Part shown: one piece after another, positions 39,145 to 53,225 of the stretch | Layout: each line of letters begins with the position of its first letter | Position numbering within the stretch: position 1 is the stretch's first letter | Assembly: GCA_036563895.1 (NCBI GenBank) | Contig: DATCLN010000202.1 | Coordinates: 366 to 64,365 of the forward strand | Reading direction: 5' to 3' | DNA: 64,000 bases | Origin: Paenibacillaceae bacterium | Lineage (GTDB): Bacteria; Bacillota; Bacilli; Paenibacillales; Paenibacillaceae | Notes under the pieces: model-generated | The model's database searches: none | Told to the model about the DNA's origin: nothing | What the model saw: only the letters and a program-made list of their open reading frames with translations | Program-made: the position numbers and the translations under genes

Positions 39145-39666
39145 ATGGCTCGCTCGGGCGAAAGCGCCGGGCGCTCCGGCGGCGGTACCGGGGCAGGCGC
39201 CGGACGCGCCAACGCCGTCTTCGACGGCGGAGCGGGGGCGGGCGCTGCACGCACCGGCACCGGTTTTGGCGGCGGAACCGGAGCGGGTGCCGGACGTGCC
39301 GGTGCCGGCGCCTATGGATTCTTCGCCCGCCCCGCCCCCGGCATCCGCCGGCTGGCCAGGGAAGCGGCCGCTTCGCGGAAGTCGGCCGCCCTTCTCGCGG
39401 CGCGCCTGGAAAGGCTGGCGCTCGATCTGGAAAAGGCGCAGCTCAAGGAATACGTGGAGCTGATGCGGCGGCCCCGGGCCCTGATCTGGCGGAATCTCCT
39501 GGCCGGCGTGGCCCGGGGCGTCGGCATCGCCATCGGTTTTACGTTTTTCGCCGCCACCATCGTCTGGTTTCTCCAGGCGCTCGGGGCGCTGAACCTGCCC
39601 ATCGTCGGCGACTACATCGCCGACATCGTGCGCATTGTGCAAAGGCAGCTGGAAAGTCCCTACTGA
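39145..39666 (+). CDS. DUF5665-like membrane protein with a Gly/Ala-rich N-terminal extension
   Basis: ATG 39145 lies 7 nt after GGGAGGG. The C-terminal 95 aa (LEKAQLKEYVELMRRPRALIWRNLLAGVARGVGIAIGFTFFAATIVWFLQAL...VGDYIADIVRIV) resemble the small DUF5665 family (from memory). The first 75 aa or so are G/A/R-rich low complexity. Confidence 0.6.
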   Translation: MARSGESAGRSGGGTGAGAGRANAVFDGGAGAGAARTGTGFGGGTGAGAGRAGAGAYGFFARPAPGIRRLAREAAASRKSAALLAARLERLALDLEKAQLKEYVELMRRPRALIWRNLLAGVARGVGIAIGFTFFAATIVWFLQALGALNLPIVGDYIADIVRIVQRQLESPY

Positions 39667-40529
39667 TGCGGACCGCGGGAACCCCGCGGTTTTTTTCCGC
39701 CGGCGGAGCCGTCCGGCGGCGCCGGGTCCGGCGCTTCCGGATCCATCGGCGACAGCTCGAGGATGGCGGGATCGGGCGGTACGGGTTCCACGGGTTCAGC
39801 GTGCTCCAGGACCGTTTCCAGCAGCGGGTCGCCCTCTCCGGCTTCCATGTAGCGGCGGTAGGCGCGGTTCCGGACGAAGGTGACGTTTTTCCCGGTGATA
39901 TCGGTGGCCAGGAAGCTTTCGGGCGCCTCCACTGCGCCGGTGTCCTCGTCCGGTTCGGCCGCCGCCCCGAAATCGTCCGCAAATTCCATGAGTCCGTCCG
40001 CCGCGGGACTTTCCGAGGTGCCCCAGGCTTCCACCATTTGCCATGCGTTTTCGCCGTCGAAGCCGCGCCGCAATCCTTCCCCGGCATCTCCGCCGCCGAT
40101 GCGCGCCAGCGTGCGCCGCAAATGCGCTTCTTCCGCGGGACGTGTCCGGGGCTCGCGGCGCCGGGGCTGATGGTCGGTGCAGTAAATGGTTTCGGGCGCC
40201 GCTTCCAGCCTGGCGAGGGGAATCGGCCGTCCGCACGCGGCGCAGATTCCGTACTTTCCTTCGTCCATCCGCCTCAGGGCGGCTTCCACGTCCTCCAGGC
40301 GAAGCCGCAGCCGCTCGCGCAGGGCCAGGTCCTTGCCGCGTTCGAACAGGTCGGTGCCCGCGTCGGCGGGATGGTTGTCGACGGGCGACAGCTCTCCGGA
40401 CGCATCCCGCCAGGATTCGGCGGCGCCGATTCCGTCCGCGTCGCGCAGACGGCTTTCCAGGGAGCTTTTCGCCTCCAGCAGGCGCCGGCGGAACGCCCGC
40501 AATTTGGCTTCCGGCATCGGATCCGTCAT
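39660..40529 (-). CDS. DksA/TraR-family zinc-finger protein (YlyA/YteA-like) with a long acidic C-terminal extension
   Basis: A 289-aa ORF; ATG 40529 follows GGAGGAAACGCG. It has an N-terminal coiled coil and the zinc-finger region GKYGICAACGRPIPLARLEAAPETIYCTDH (CxxC-x17-CxxH). Its position between ileS and lspA equals B. subtilis ylyA. Confidence 0.8.
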   Translation of the reverse strand: MTDPMPEAKLRAFRRRLLEAKSSLESRLRDADGIGAAESWRDASGELSPVDNHPADAGTDLFERGKDLALRERLRLRLEDVEAALRRMDEGKYGICAACGRPIPLARLEAAPETIYCTDHQPRRREPRTRPAEEAHLRRTLARIGGGDAGEGLRRGFDGENAWQMVEAWGTSESPAADGLMEFADDFGAAAEPDEDTGAVEAPESFLATDITGKNVTFVRNRAYRRYMEAGEGDPLLETVLEHAEPVEPVPPDPAILELSPMDPEAPDPAPPDGSAGGKKPRGSRGPHQ

Positions 40530-40633
40530 CGCGTTTCCTCCTTTTTTGGGATTCCCCGCGTATTGTTCGCCATCCGGGGGCGTTTTACCACGGGACGGGG
40601 CGAAACGTGACGGTGACCGGCGCTTCCGCTTTG

Positions 40634-40642
40634 TGGTACAAT
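40634..40642 (+). promoter_or_regulatory. Extended -10 element upstream of lspA
   Basis: TGgTACAAT at 40634-42, with a possible -35 gTGACc 18 nt upstream. It lies in the divergent spacer with the ylyA-like gene. Confidence 0.35.
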
Positions 40643-40671
40643 CCGTTTTGACGGAGCAATCCAGATTTGGG

Positions 40672-41244
40672 ATGGGGAAGGAGCGTTTCGGTTTGCGCGC
40701 CGGAAGAAAACTCTGGTGGTATTATCTGATCGCGCTCATCGTGTTTTTGGCCGACCAGGCGTCGAAAAAATGGATCGAACGCAACCTCGGGCCCGGAGAC
40801 CGCATCGAGGTGCTGGGCGACTTTTTCGGCATCACGTTCATCAAAAACCCGGGTGCGGCGTTCGGCATCCTGAAGGAACAGACGGTCTTTTTCCTCATTG
40901 TCACGGTCATCGTGGTTGCCGGAATCGTCTGGTATCTGCACCGCACCTATCGCACCTCCGGTCCGCTGCCGCCCCTGGGGCTTGCCCTGATCATGGGCGG
41001 GGCGATCGGCAACTTCGTGGACCGGGCGATCTACGGGGAAGTGGTCGATTTTCTGCAGTTCACGTTCGGCACGTGGGTGTTTCCGATTTTCAACCTGGCC
41101 GACACCGGGATCACCGTCGGCGTGTGTCTGCTCCTGCTGGACGCGGTGCTGGCCTTTGCGCGCAAGGACGATCGGAAGGACCGGGATGAAACCGGACGGG
41201 AAAGGGACCGGCAGGGGGAGGAACGCCCCCAGTTTGACGGGTAA
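40672..41244 (+). CDS. lspA: Lipoprotein signal peptidase II
   Basis: ATG 40672; an alternative in-frame TTG at 40693 lies 9 nt after GAAGGAG. Motifs: ADQASKKW, NPGAAFG, GGAIGNFVDR, VVDFLQF, FNLADTGI. A basic/acidic tail is present. Confidence 0.9.
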   Translation: MGKERFGLRAGRKLWWYYLIALIVFLADQASKKWIERNLGPGDRIEVLGDFFGITFIKNPGAAFGILKEQTVFFLIVTVIVVAGIVWYLHRTYRTSGPLPPLGLALIMGGAIGNFVDRAIYGEVVDFLQFTFGTWVFPIFNLADTGITVGVCLLLLDAVLAFARKDDRKDRDETGRERDRQGEERPQFDG

Positions 41245-41264
41245 CGCGCAAGGAGGATGTCCGG

Positions 41265-42488
41265 TTGGGCGGCTGGGACGAAAAAAAGAACGCGGCATGG
41301 TCTCCGGCGGACGAGGCGGCCCGGGACGGGGATGAAGCCCGGGACGGGGATGAAGCCCGGGACGACGAAACCGGCGGCGACGAAACCGGTTACGACGGCG
41401 AAACCGGGGACGACGAAGCAGGAGACGACGAAGTCCTGGACAATGCAGAAGCCCTGGACGATGACGCAAACGGGGACGGCGGCTCAGCCTGGGACGACGG
41501 CGAGGTCTGGGATGAAGAGACCTGGGACGACGATGAAGCCCGGGCCGGGGACGAAGCCGGCGGCCTGATGGCCTGGACCGTGTCGCCGGACGAAGCCGGG
41601 GAGCGGCTGGACCGGTACGTGACGGAGCGCGCGGGCGCCGCCGGGGTTTCCCGCACCCGGGTGCAGGAATGGATCCGCGCGGGGCGGGTGACCGTGAACG
41701 GCCGGACATCCAAACCGAACGCCAAAACGGCGCCGGGCGACGTCATCGAGCTTCGCCTGCCGCCGCCGGAACCGGCCGGGACGGAACCCGAGCCGATTCC
41801 GCTGGACATTGTCTACGAGGACGCCGACGTCATCGTGGTCAACAAGCCCCGGGGCATGGTGGTGCATCCCGCCGCGGGCCACCCGCGGGGCACGCTGGTC
41901 AACGCCCTGCTTTACCATTGCAAGGATTTGTCGGGAATCGGCGGCGTGACGCGCCCCGGCATCGTGCACCGCATCGACCGGGACACTTCCGGCCTGCTCG
42001 TGGCGGCCAAGAACGACCTGGCCCATGCTTCCCTCGCGGAACAGCTCAAGGCGCACGCCGTGGAGCGCCGGTACGTCGCCTTGTGTCACGGGACCATTCC
42101 GCATGACAGGGGCACCATCGACGCGCCGATCGGCCGGGACGAGCGCGACCGCAAGAAGTTCGCGGTCACCTTCCGGGGCGGCAAGCGGGCGGTGACCCGT
42201 TTCCGCGTCCTGGAGCGGTTCCGGAAGCACACGCTGGTCGAGCTGGAACTGGAGACGGGACGCACCCACCAGATTCGCGTGCACATGCGGTATATCGGCC
42301 ATCCGCTGGTCGGCGATCCGGTGTATGGCAAGCGCGGCGCCGACCCGCTGGGCATCGCCGGCCAGGCGCTGCACGCCGGCGTGCTGGGATTTAAGCACCC
42401 CCGCACGGGCGAATGGATGACGTTCCGCCGGCCGATGCCGGAGGACATGGCACAGGCGCTCGAGCGGCTTCGCCGGCAGGAGGGGTAG
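41265..42488 (+). CDS. rluD: RluD/RluA-family 23S rRNA pseudouridine synthase with a D/E-rich N-terminal extension of about 100 aa
   Basis: TTG 41265 lies 7 nt after AAGGAGGA. The canonical part starts near ATG 41568 (MAWTVSPDEAGERLDRY, S4 domain). The catalytic motif is HRIDRDTSGLLVAAK, and GRTHQIRVH is also present. Confidence 0.88.
   Translation: MGGWDEKKNAAWSPADEAARDGDEARDGDEARDDETGGDETGYDGETGDDEAGDDEVLDNAEALDDDANGDGGSAWDDGEVWDEETWDDDEARAGDEAGGLMAWTVSPDEAGERLDRYVTERAGAAGVSRTRVQEWIRAGRVTVNGRTSKPNAKTAPGDVIELRLPPPEPAGTEPEPIPLDIVYEDADVIVVNKPRGMVVHPAAGHPRGTLVNALLYHCKDLSGIGGVTRPGIVHRIDRDTSGLLVAAKNDLAHASLAEQLKAHAVERRYVALCHGTIPHDRGTIDAPIGRDERDRKKFAVTFRGGKRAVTRFRVLERFRKHTLVELELETGRTHQIRVHMRYIGHPLVGDPVYGKRGADPLGIAGQALHAGVLGFKHPRTGEWMTFRRPMPEDMAQALERLRRQEG
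41320..41355 (+). repeat. Exact 18-nt tandem duplication inside the rluD 5' extension
   Basis: CCCGGGACGGGGATGAAG occurs twice (41320-37 and 41338-55), followed by a partial third copy and GACGAAACCGG repeats. These encode ARDGDE-type repeats. Confidence 0.85.
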
Positions 42489-42574
42489 ACCTGCAGTTCC
42501 GGAAGCCGTACTGCGACAACATCCAACAGACATGCCCGTCAAAATTTTGCCAAACATTTCATGCCGGAAAAAAC

Positions 42575-42603
42575 TTGACACGCCTTCGTCGAAATGGGAT
42601 AAT
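42575..42603 (+). promoter_or_regulatory. Sigma-A promoter of the pyr operon
   Basis: TTGACA (42575-80), a 17-nt spacer, then GATAAT (42598-603). Confidence 0.55.
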
Positions 42604-42619
42604 TTTCGCAAAATCGGAG

Positions 42620-42850
42620 CCTTTAAATCAGTCCCGTGAGACTGGCAAGGTGGCATATGGCGCGCAGACGGTTGCGAAAGCGCCGGATAAGGGCTGGACG
42701 GAACGTGACGGATCGGTCGAACCGAACGGGCCGAACGGACTTCACCCGCCGGCGCGTCCGCGGACGTTTGCGGTGCCCGCGTATCCGATTCAATTCCATG
42801 CGGATTTCGCCGTACAACCTCCTTGCGTCTGACGCAAGGAGGTTTTTTTG
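42620..42850 (+). promoter_or_regulatory. PyrR-binding leader and transcription attenuator
   Basis: CTTTAAATCAGTCCCGTGAGACTGGCAAGG (42621-50) resembles the PyrR binding-loop consensus (UUUAA..GUCCAGAGAGGCU..CAAGG). A strong terminator, AACCTCCTTGCGTC-t-GACGCAAGGAGGTT plus TTTTTTT, lies at 42816-50, 50 nt before pyrR. Confidence 0.7.
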
Positions 42851-42875
42851 CGGCGGGACCAAGGAATTTTACTAA

Positions 42876-44815
<1,940 letters not shown>

Positions 44816-44827
44816 GGAGTGAATCGC

Positions 44828-45959
44828 ATGCAGGCCAGATTGCTGCTGGAAGACGGAACGCTGTTTACGGGCCGCTCGTTCGGCGCCGAAGGCACCACCA
44901 TCGGCGAAGTGGTGTTCAACACGGGCATGACCGGCTACCAGGAGGCGCTGTCGGACCCGTCCTACTGCGGGCAAATCCTGACGATGACCTATCCGCTCAT
45001 CGGCAACTACGGCGTCAACCGCGACGACTTTGAGCGCATGCGGCCCTTCGTCGCGGGCTTCGTGGTGCGCCGGCACGAACCGGTGCCGAGCAACTGGCGC
45101 GCGCAGGTGCCGGTGGACGCGATGCTCAAGGAATACGGCATCGTCGGCATCAGCGACATCGACACGCGGATGCTTACCCGCATCCTGCGCCAAAACGGCA
45201 CCATGAAAGGGCTCCTCACGACGGAAAACGCGTCCGTCGAAGAGCTGATGGAGCGGCTCAGGGCGACGGAGGTGCCGCGCGACCAGGTGGCGAGGACGTC
45301 GACCCGGGAGACGTACATCTGCCCGGGGGACGGCGAGCGCATCGTGCTCATCGACTACGGGTCGAAAAACGGCATCCTGCGCGAACTCATCCGGCGCGGT
45401 TGCCACGTCATCGTCGTGCCCCACGACACCACCGCCGACGAGATCCTGCGCCTGGATCCCGACGGCGTCCAGCTGTCCAACGGACCCGGCGATCCGAAGG
45501 ACGTGCCGTACGCCGTGGAAACGATCCGGCAGCTGCTCGGGAAGGTGCCGATCTTCGGCGTCTGTTTCGGCCACCAGCTGCTGGCGCTGGCCTGCGGCGC
45601 GGACACGGAGAAGCTCAAGTTCGGCCACCGCGGCGGCAACCACCCGGTGAAGGACCTGGAGACCGGCCGCTGCATCATCACGTCACAAAACCACGGCTAC
45701 GCCGTGCGGGCGGAATCCGTCGAAGGCACGGATCTCGTCATCACCCAGATCAACAACAACGACAAGACCGTCGAAGGCCTCCGGCACCGCCGCTATCCGG
45801 CCTTCTCCGTGCAGTACCACCCGGAGGCGATGCCGGGGCCGTCCGACTCCAACAGCCTGTTCGACAAATTTCTGGAGATGATCCGCGAGCACAAGCGAAG
45901 CCATCCGGAGCTTCCCCGTCAGGTGCAATTCGCTCAGGCCCGGGAAGGAGAATTGCAGC

Positions 45960-45973
<14 letters not shown>
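44828..45973 (+). CDS. carA: Carbamoyl-phosphate synthase small (glutaminase) subunit
   Basis: ATG 44828 lies 8 nt after AAGGAG; the ORF-track start is GTG 44819. Motifs: [14 protein letters not shown], the catalytic Cys GVCFGHQLL, and HRGGNHPV. Confidence 0.95.
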
Positions 45974-49220
<3,247 letters not shown>

Positions 49221-49263
49221 AGCGGACCGGTCCTTCCGCCGGGAAAGGAGAGGCCTGCGCGAG

Positions 49264-49995
49264 ATGAACACGAGGGAAGCGGCCGCCAAGGTGATGGTGG
49301 CCCTGGACAAGCCGGACGCGGCGGAGGCCCTGCGCGTCGCGGAAGCGCTGCGGCCTTTCGGCTGCTGGGTGAAAATCGGCATGGAACTCTTTTACGCCGG
49401 GGGGCCGGACATCGTCCGCGAGTGCCGCCGGCTGGGATTCCGCATCTTTGTCGATCTCAAGCTGCACGACATTCCCAACACGGTGAAAGGGGCGGCGCGC
49501 AGCCTCGCCAGGCTAGGCGCGGACATGATCAACGTGCACGCGGCCGGGGGCACGGAGATGATGCGCGCGGCGGCGGAGGGAGCGGCGGAAGGCGCGGAGG
49601 CCGCTGGGCTTGCCGCCCCGCCGCTGATCGTCGCCGTGACCCAGCTGACCAGCACGACCCGGGAAATGATGAACGAGGAAATCGGCATCCCGGGCGAAGT
49701 GGAAGATGTCGTCGTGCGGTACGCCATGCTGGCGAAAAGAGCGGGCCTGCACGGCGTCGTCGCTTCCCCCCTGGAAGCGGCGGCGGTGAAGCGCGCGTGC
49801 GGCCGCGATTTTCTGGCGGTGACCCCCGGTATCCGTCCGGCGGGACACGCGGCCGGGGACCAGCGCCGGATCGCCACCCCCCTTGAGGCTTTGCGTGCGG
49901 GAGCGGATTTTCTGGTGGTGGGCAGGCCCGTCACCGCCGCGTCCGATCCCGCCGCCGCGCTGGAACAAATCCTGAAGGAGATGACCGAGGCGTGA
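49264..49995 (+). CDS. pyrF: Orotidine-5'-phosphate decarboxylase
   Basis: A 243-aa ORF with [22 protein letters not shown] and VVGRPV motifs. Confidence 0.93.
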   Translation: MNTREAAAKVMVALDKPDAAEALRVAEALRPFGCWVKIGMELFYAGGPDIVRECRRLGFRIFVDLKLHDIPNTVKGAARSLARLGADMINVHAAGGTEMMRAAAEGAAEGAEAAGLAAPPLIVAVTQLTSTTREMMNEEIGIPGEVEDVVVRYAMLAKRAGLHGVVASPLEAAAVKRACGRDFLAVTPGIRPAGHAAGDQRRIATPLEALRAGADFLVVGRPVTAASDPAAALEQILKEMTEA

Positions 49996-50654
49996 ACGTC
50001 CCGAACCTGGAAAGCCTGCCCGCCCGCATCGCGGGATTGCTGCTGGAGATCGGCGCGGTGACGCTGCGTCCGGACGAACCGTTCACCTGGACCAGCGGGC
50101 TGCGCTCGCCCATCTATTGCGACAACCGGCTGACCATCTCCCATCCGCCCATCCGCGAAGAGATCGCCGAAGGCTTCGCGGCGCTGATCCGCCTCCACCA
50201 TCCGGCGTGCGAGGTGGTGGCCGGGATCGCCACCGGCGGCATTCCCCACGCCGCCTGGGTGGCGCAGAAGCTGAACCTGCCGATGGTGTACGTGCGCGGC
50301 AAGGCCAAGGAACACGGCAAGGGAAACCGGATCGAGGGGCGTCTTGCGCCCGGACAGAAGGTGGTGCTCATCGAGGACCTCGTCTCCACCGGCGGCAGCT
50401 CCCTCCAGGCCGCTATGGCCGTGCGGGAGGAGGGAGCGGAGGTGCTGGGCGTGCTGGCCATTTTCACGTACCAGTTTCCGGAAGCCGCGCGGGCGTTTGA
50501 AGAGGCGGGCGTTCCGCTTCGGACGCTGACGGACTACGGAACGCTGATCGGCGAAGCGCGCAGGCGCGGCCTCATCGGCGAGCGTGAACTTGCCCTGCTT
50601 CAGGCCTGGCGGGAAAATCCGCGGGAATGGGGCCGCGCGGAGCAGGCCCGATAG
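49992..50654 (+). CDS. pyrE: Orotate phosphoribosyltransferase
   Basis: The GTG start overlaps the pyrF stop. Motifs: [16 protein letters not shown] and the PRPP loop [13 protein letters not shown]. The product is 220 aa. Confidence 0.93.
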   Translation: MNVPNLESLPARIAGLLLEIGAVTLRPDEPFTWTSGLRSPIYCDNRLTISHPPIREEIAEGFAALIRLHHPACEVVAGIATGGIPHAAWVAQKLNLPMVYVRGKAKEHGKGNRIEGRLAPGQKVVLIEDLVSTGGSSLQAAMAVREEGAEVLGVLAIFTYQFPEAARAFEEAGVPLRTLTDYGTLIGEARRRGLIGERELALLQAWRENPREWGRAEQAR

Positions 50655-50664
50655 AGACGACTGA

Positions 50665-50692
50665 CTCCTGCCGTTCGCGGCAGGAGTTTTTT
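50665..50692 (+). terminator. Intrinsic terminator ending the pyr operon
   Basis: CTCCTGCCG-ttcg-CGGCAGGAG followed by TTTTTTG, 10 nt after the pyrE stop. Confidence 0.8.
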
Positions 50693-51032
50693 GTGTGTGC
50701 CGCAATGCCTCCATCACCCGCGCGACACCTCCCCGGAGGCCATGCAGTCGAAAAATCGGCTCCCCCGTCAGTCCCCCGGCTGCCGCCCGGACAAGTCAAT
50801 CCGCCGACCACAAAACCGTCACCCCGAGAAGGACAAGTGCGCAGAAAATGCCCTCGTTCCGGAACCGTCTCCGGACAGGGCGGCTTTTTCGTCTCCGCCG
50901 CGCGTACCGTCCGTCCCTCGGTCCCGGGTCGGAGGCGAAAACCTCCCGCGGACCGTACCGCCGGCAGGATCACATTTTTTACAATGGCAACCGTGATCGA
51001 AATTTTGCCGATGCGAGGAAGGAGCAAAGCCC

Positions 51033-51962
51033 ATGCCCGTACTGGAAGTGCGCCGCCTGCGCAAGACTTTCGGCGCGGTGACGGCGGTGTCGGACATCAG
51101 CTTCTCGGTGGAGCGCGGCGAAGTGTTCACGATCATTGGCCCGAACGGAGCGGGGAAGACGACGACGCTGGAGATGATCGAAGGCCTGCTTGTCCCGGAC
51201 GCCGGCGAAATCTCGTTCGGCGGGCTCACCTGGGAGAAGGACGCCCATGCCATCCGGGAGATGATCGGCGTCCAGCCGCAATCCGGCGCACTGTTCGATT
51301 TGCTCACGGTGGAGGAACATCTGCGCCTGTTCGCTTCCTTCTACCGGAAGTCGCGGCCCGTCGAGGAAATCCTCGAAATGATCAACCTTCAGGATCACCG
51401 GAACAAGAGGGTCAAGGTGCTGTCCGGGGGGCAACGGCAGCGGCTGGCCATCGGCCTGGCGATGATCAACGATCCGGACCTCATCTTCCTCGACGAGCCG
51501 ACGACCGGCCTGGACCCGCAGGCTCGCCTGAACATTTGGGACATCATTTTGAGGCTCAAGGAAATGGGCAAAACGACGATTCTGACGACGCACTACATGG
51601 AAGAGGCGGAAAAGCTGAGCGACCGCGTCTGCATTGTCGACCAGGGCGCCGTGGTCGCCCTTGACACGCCGGCGGCCCTCATCGGCCGGCTGACGAAGGA
51701 GCGGGAAATCCGCCTCGGATTCGAAGACGGCGAGGCGGCCGCACGGGAGGCGGAAGAATTGCTGCGGCGTCTGGGGAACATCACCCGGATGGAACGGGAA
51801 GCGGGACAGCTCCGCATCTGGACGGATCGGCCCGAAGCCGCGCTGCACGGCCTGTTCGGCTTCACCCAGGAGCAGGGGTACCGGGTGGAGCGGCTTTCGA
51901 TCCGGGAAATGAGCCTGGAAGACGTATTCATCGCCTTCACGGGCAAGGAATGGAGGGACTGA
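51033..51962 (+). CDS. ABC-2-type exporter ATP-binding protein (DrrA/NatA-like)
   Basis: The ATG follows GAGGAAGGAG. It has Walker A GPNGAGKTTT, signature LSGGQRQRL, Walker B LIFLDEPTTGLD and a C-terminal regulatory-like domain. Confidence 0.9.
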   Translation: MPVLEVRRLRKTFGAVTAVSDISFSVERGEVFTIIGPNGAGKTTTLEMIEGLLVPDAGEISFGGLTWEKDAHAIREMIGVQPQSGALFDLLTVEEHLRLFASFYRKSRPVEEILEMINLQDHRNKRVKVLSGGQRQRLAIGLAMINDPDLIFLDEPTTGLDPQARLNIWDIILRLKEMGKTTILTTHYMEEAEKLSDRVCIVDQGAVVALDTPAALIGRLTKEREIRLGFEDGEAAAREAEELLRRLGNITRMEREAGQLRIWTDRPEAALHGLFGFTQEQGYRVERLSIREMSLEDVFIAFTGKEWRD

Positions 51963-53080
51963 CGTTGCTCGCATGGAAACAGTTTCCCCAGATGTTTGCG
52001 GCCCATCTGAAAATCACGTTCCGGGAAAAGGCGGTCTGGTTCTGGAACATTTTCTTTCCCGTCATCCTGATGGTGCTGTTCACGATCATTTTCGGCGGCA
52101 ACGCCAACGAGTTCAAGGCGCAGGTGGCGGTGGCCGACACGCGGCCGACCGAGGCGTCGGCGCAGCTTCTGGATCAGCTCCGGCAGCTTCCCGGGCTGAA
52201 AATCCGCGGCGAAGGCCCGGTAACGCCTGAAGAAGGCCGGCAGCTGGTGCTGGACAAAAAGGTGTTCGCCCTCATCGAGCTTCCTTCGGAGGAAGACCCC
52301 GCCGTCCGCCTCGTCATCCACCGCGAGAACGAGCGCAACATCACCGCCCAGGCTCTGGCCGGCATGCTGGAACAATTCGTCCAGCAGGCAAACTACGCGG
52401 CCCTGGGAGCGGAGCCGGTCTTCCGCCTGGATGTCGAGACGGTCACCACGGGCGGCGACGAGCTCAAGTTCCAGGATTACCTGATGACCGGCATGATCGC
52501 CCTGTCGCTGGCGCAAAGCGGGCTGTTCGGCATGGTCGGCCTGGTGGAAATGCGGCGGAAAGGCGTGCTCCGGAGGCTTCGCCTGACGCCGGCCAGCACG
52601 GCGATGTTCGGCATCGCGGACATGGCCGTCCGGTTCGTGCTCGGCGTTCTGCAGATCACGCTGCTCACGGCGGTGGGCGTGTTCGGTTTCGGCGCGAAGC
52701 TGCAGCTGCACCTGGTCAGCCTGGCCGTCGCCTTCTTCGTCGGCGTCCTGGCGTTCAACGCCATCGGCTACCTGTTCTCCGCCGTCAGCAAGTCGCAGGA
52801 GGCCTATATGGCCCTGGCCAACATCGCCTCCTTCCTGATGATGTTCATCAGCGGCGTGTTCTTTCCCGTGGATTCGCTCCCGGAATGGCTGCAGCCGCTG
52901 GCGCGGGTGCTGCCCCTGACCTACTTCGTCGACGGCATCCGCGACGGCATGGTGTACGCGCGGGGCATCGCGGACGCCTCGTTCTGGATCGCCGTCGCGG
53001 TGATGGCGGCGTGGGGCATCCTGGCGTTCCTCATCGGGGCTAGGCTGTACAAAGCAAAATCGATCGCGGCGGCGCGCTGA
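51950..53080 (+). CDS. ABC-2 family transporter permease
   Basis: A 376-aa ORF. An alternative TTG at 51965 lies 7 nt after GGAGGG. The topology is one N-terminal TM, an extracytoplasmic loop of about 130 aa, then five C-terminal TM helices, typical of ABC-2 permeases. It is coupled to the upstream ATPase. Confidence 0.8.
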   Translation: MEGLTLLAWKQFPQMFAAHLKITFREKAVWFWNIFFPVILMVLFTIIFGGNANEFKAQVAVADTRPTEASAQLLDQLRQLPGLKIRGEGPVTPEEGRQLVLDKKVFALIELPSEEDPAVRLVIHRENERNITAQALAGMLEQFVQQANYAALGAEPVFRLDVETVTTGGDELKFQDYLMTGMIALSLAQSGLFGMVGLVEMRRKGVLRRLRLTPASTAMFGIADMAVRFVLGVLQITLLTAVGVFGFGAKLQLHLVSLAVAFFVGVLAFNAIGYLFSAVSKSQEAYMALANIASFLMMFISGVFFPVDSLPEWLQPLARVLPLTYFVDGIRDGMVYARGIADASFWIAVAVMAAWGILAFLIGARLYKAKSIAAAR

Positions 53081-53130
53081 AAAGCGTCGGGACGCACGGA
53101 CCAAACCGACGTGCCGCGCTGAACATGACG

Positions 53131-53160
53131 AAGGGCGGCTTCCAAACGGAAACCGCCCTT
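53131..53160. terminator. Hairpin between convergent genes (possible terminator, no clear U-tract)
   Basis: AAGGGCGGcTTCC-aaac-GGAAaCCGCCCTT, located between the permease stop (53080) and the glnS stop (53226). Confidence 0.3.
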
Positions 53161-53225
53161 CGGTCTTGGCCGGGGATCTGTCTGCCGGCAAGCGCCCGGG
53201 CGGAAGCCCGGGCTGTCGCCGCCCG

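Noticed and set aside
34029-39260. A 1743-aa minus-strand ORF spanning ylmG through ileS.
   Set aside because: It is antisense to a string of well-supported + strand genes (ylmH, divIVA, ileS). The translation is Arg/Pro/Gly/Ala-rich with no recognisable motifs. Long stop-free antisense frames are expected at this G+C content.
40585-41709. A Pro/Arg-repeat 374-aa minus-strand ORF, and the alternative-frame + ORF 41257..41568 (KPGT repeats).
   Set aside because: Both are shadows of the lspA gene and of the repetitive GA(C/T)GA(A/G)-rich rluD extension. The + strand alternative ATG at 41257 overlaps the SD itself, whereas TTG 41265 is correctly spaced.
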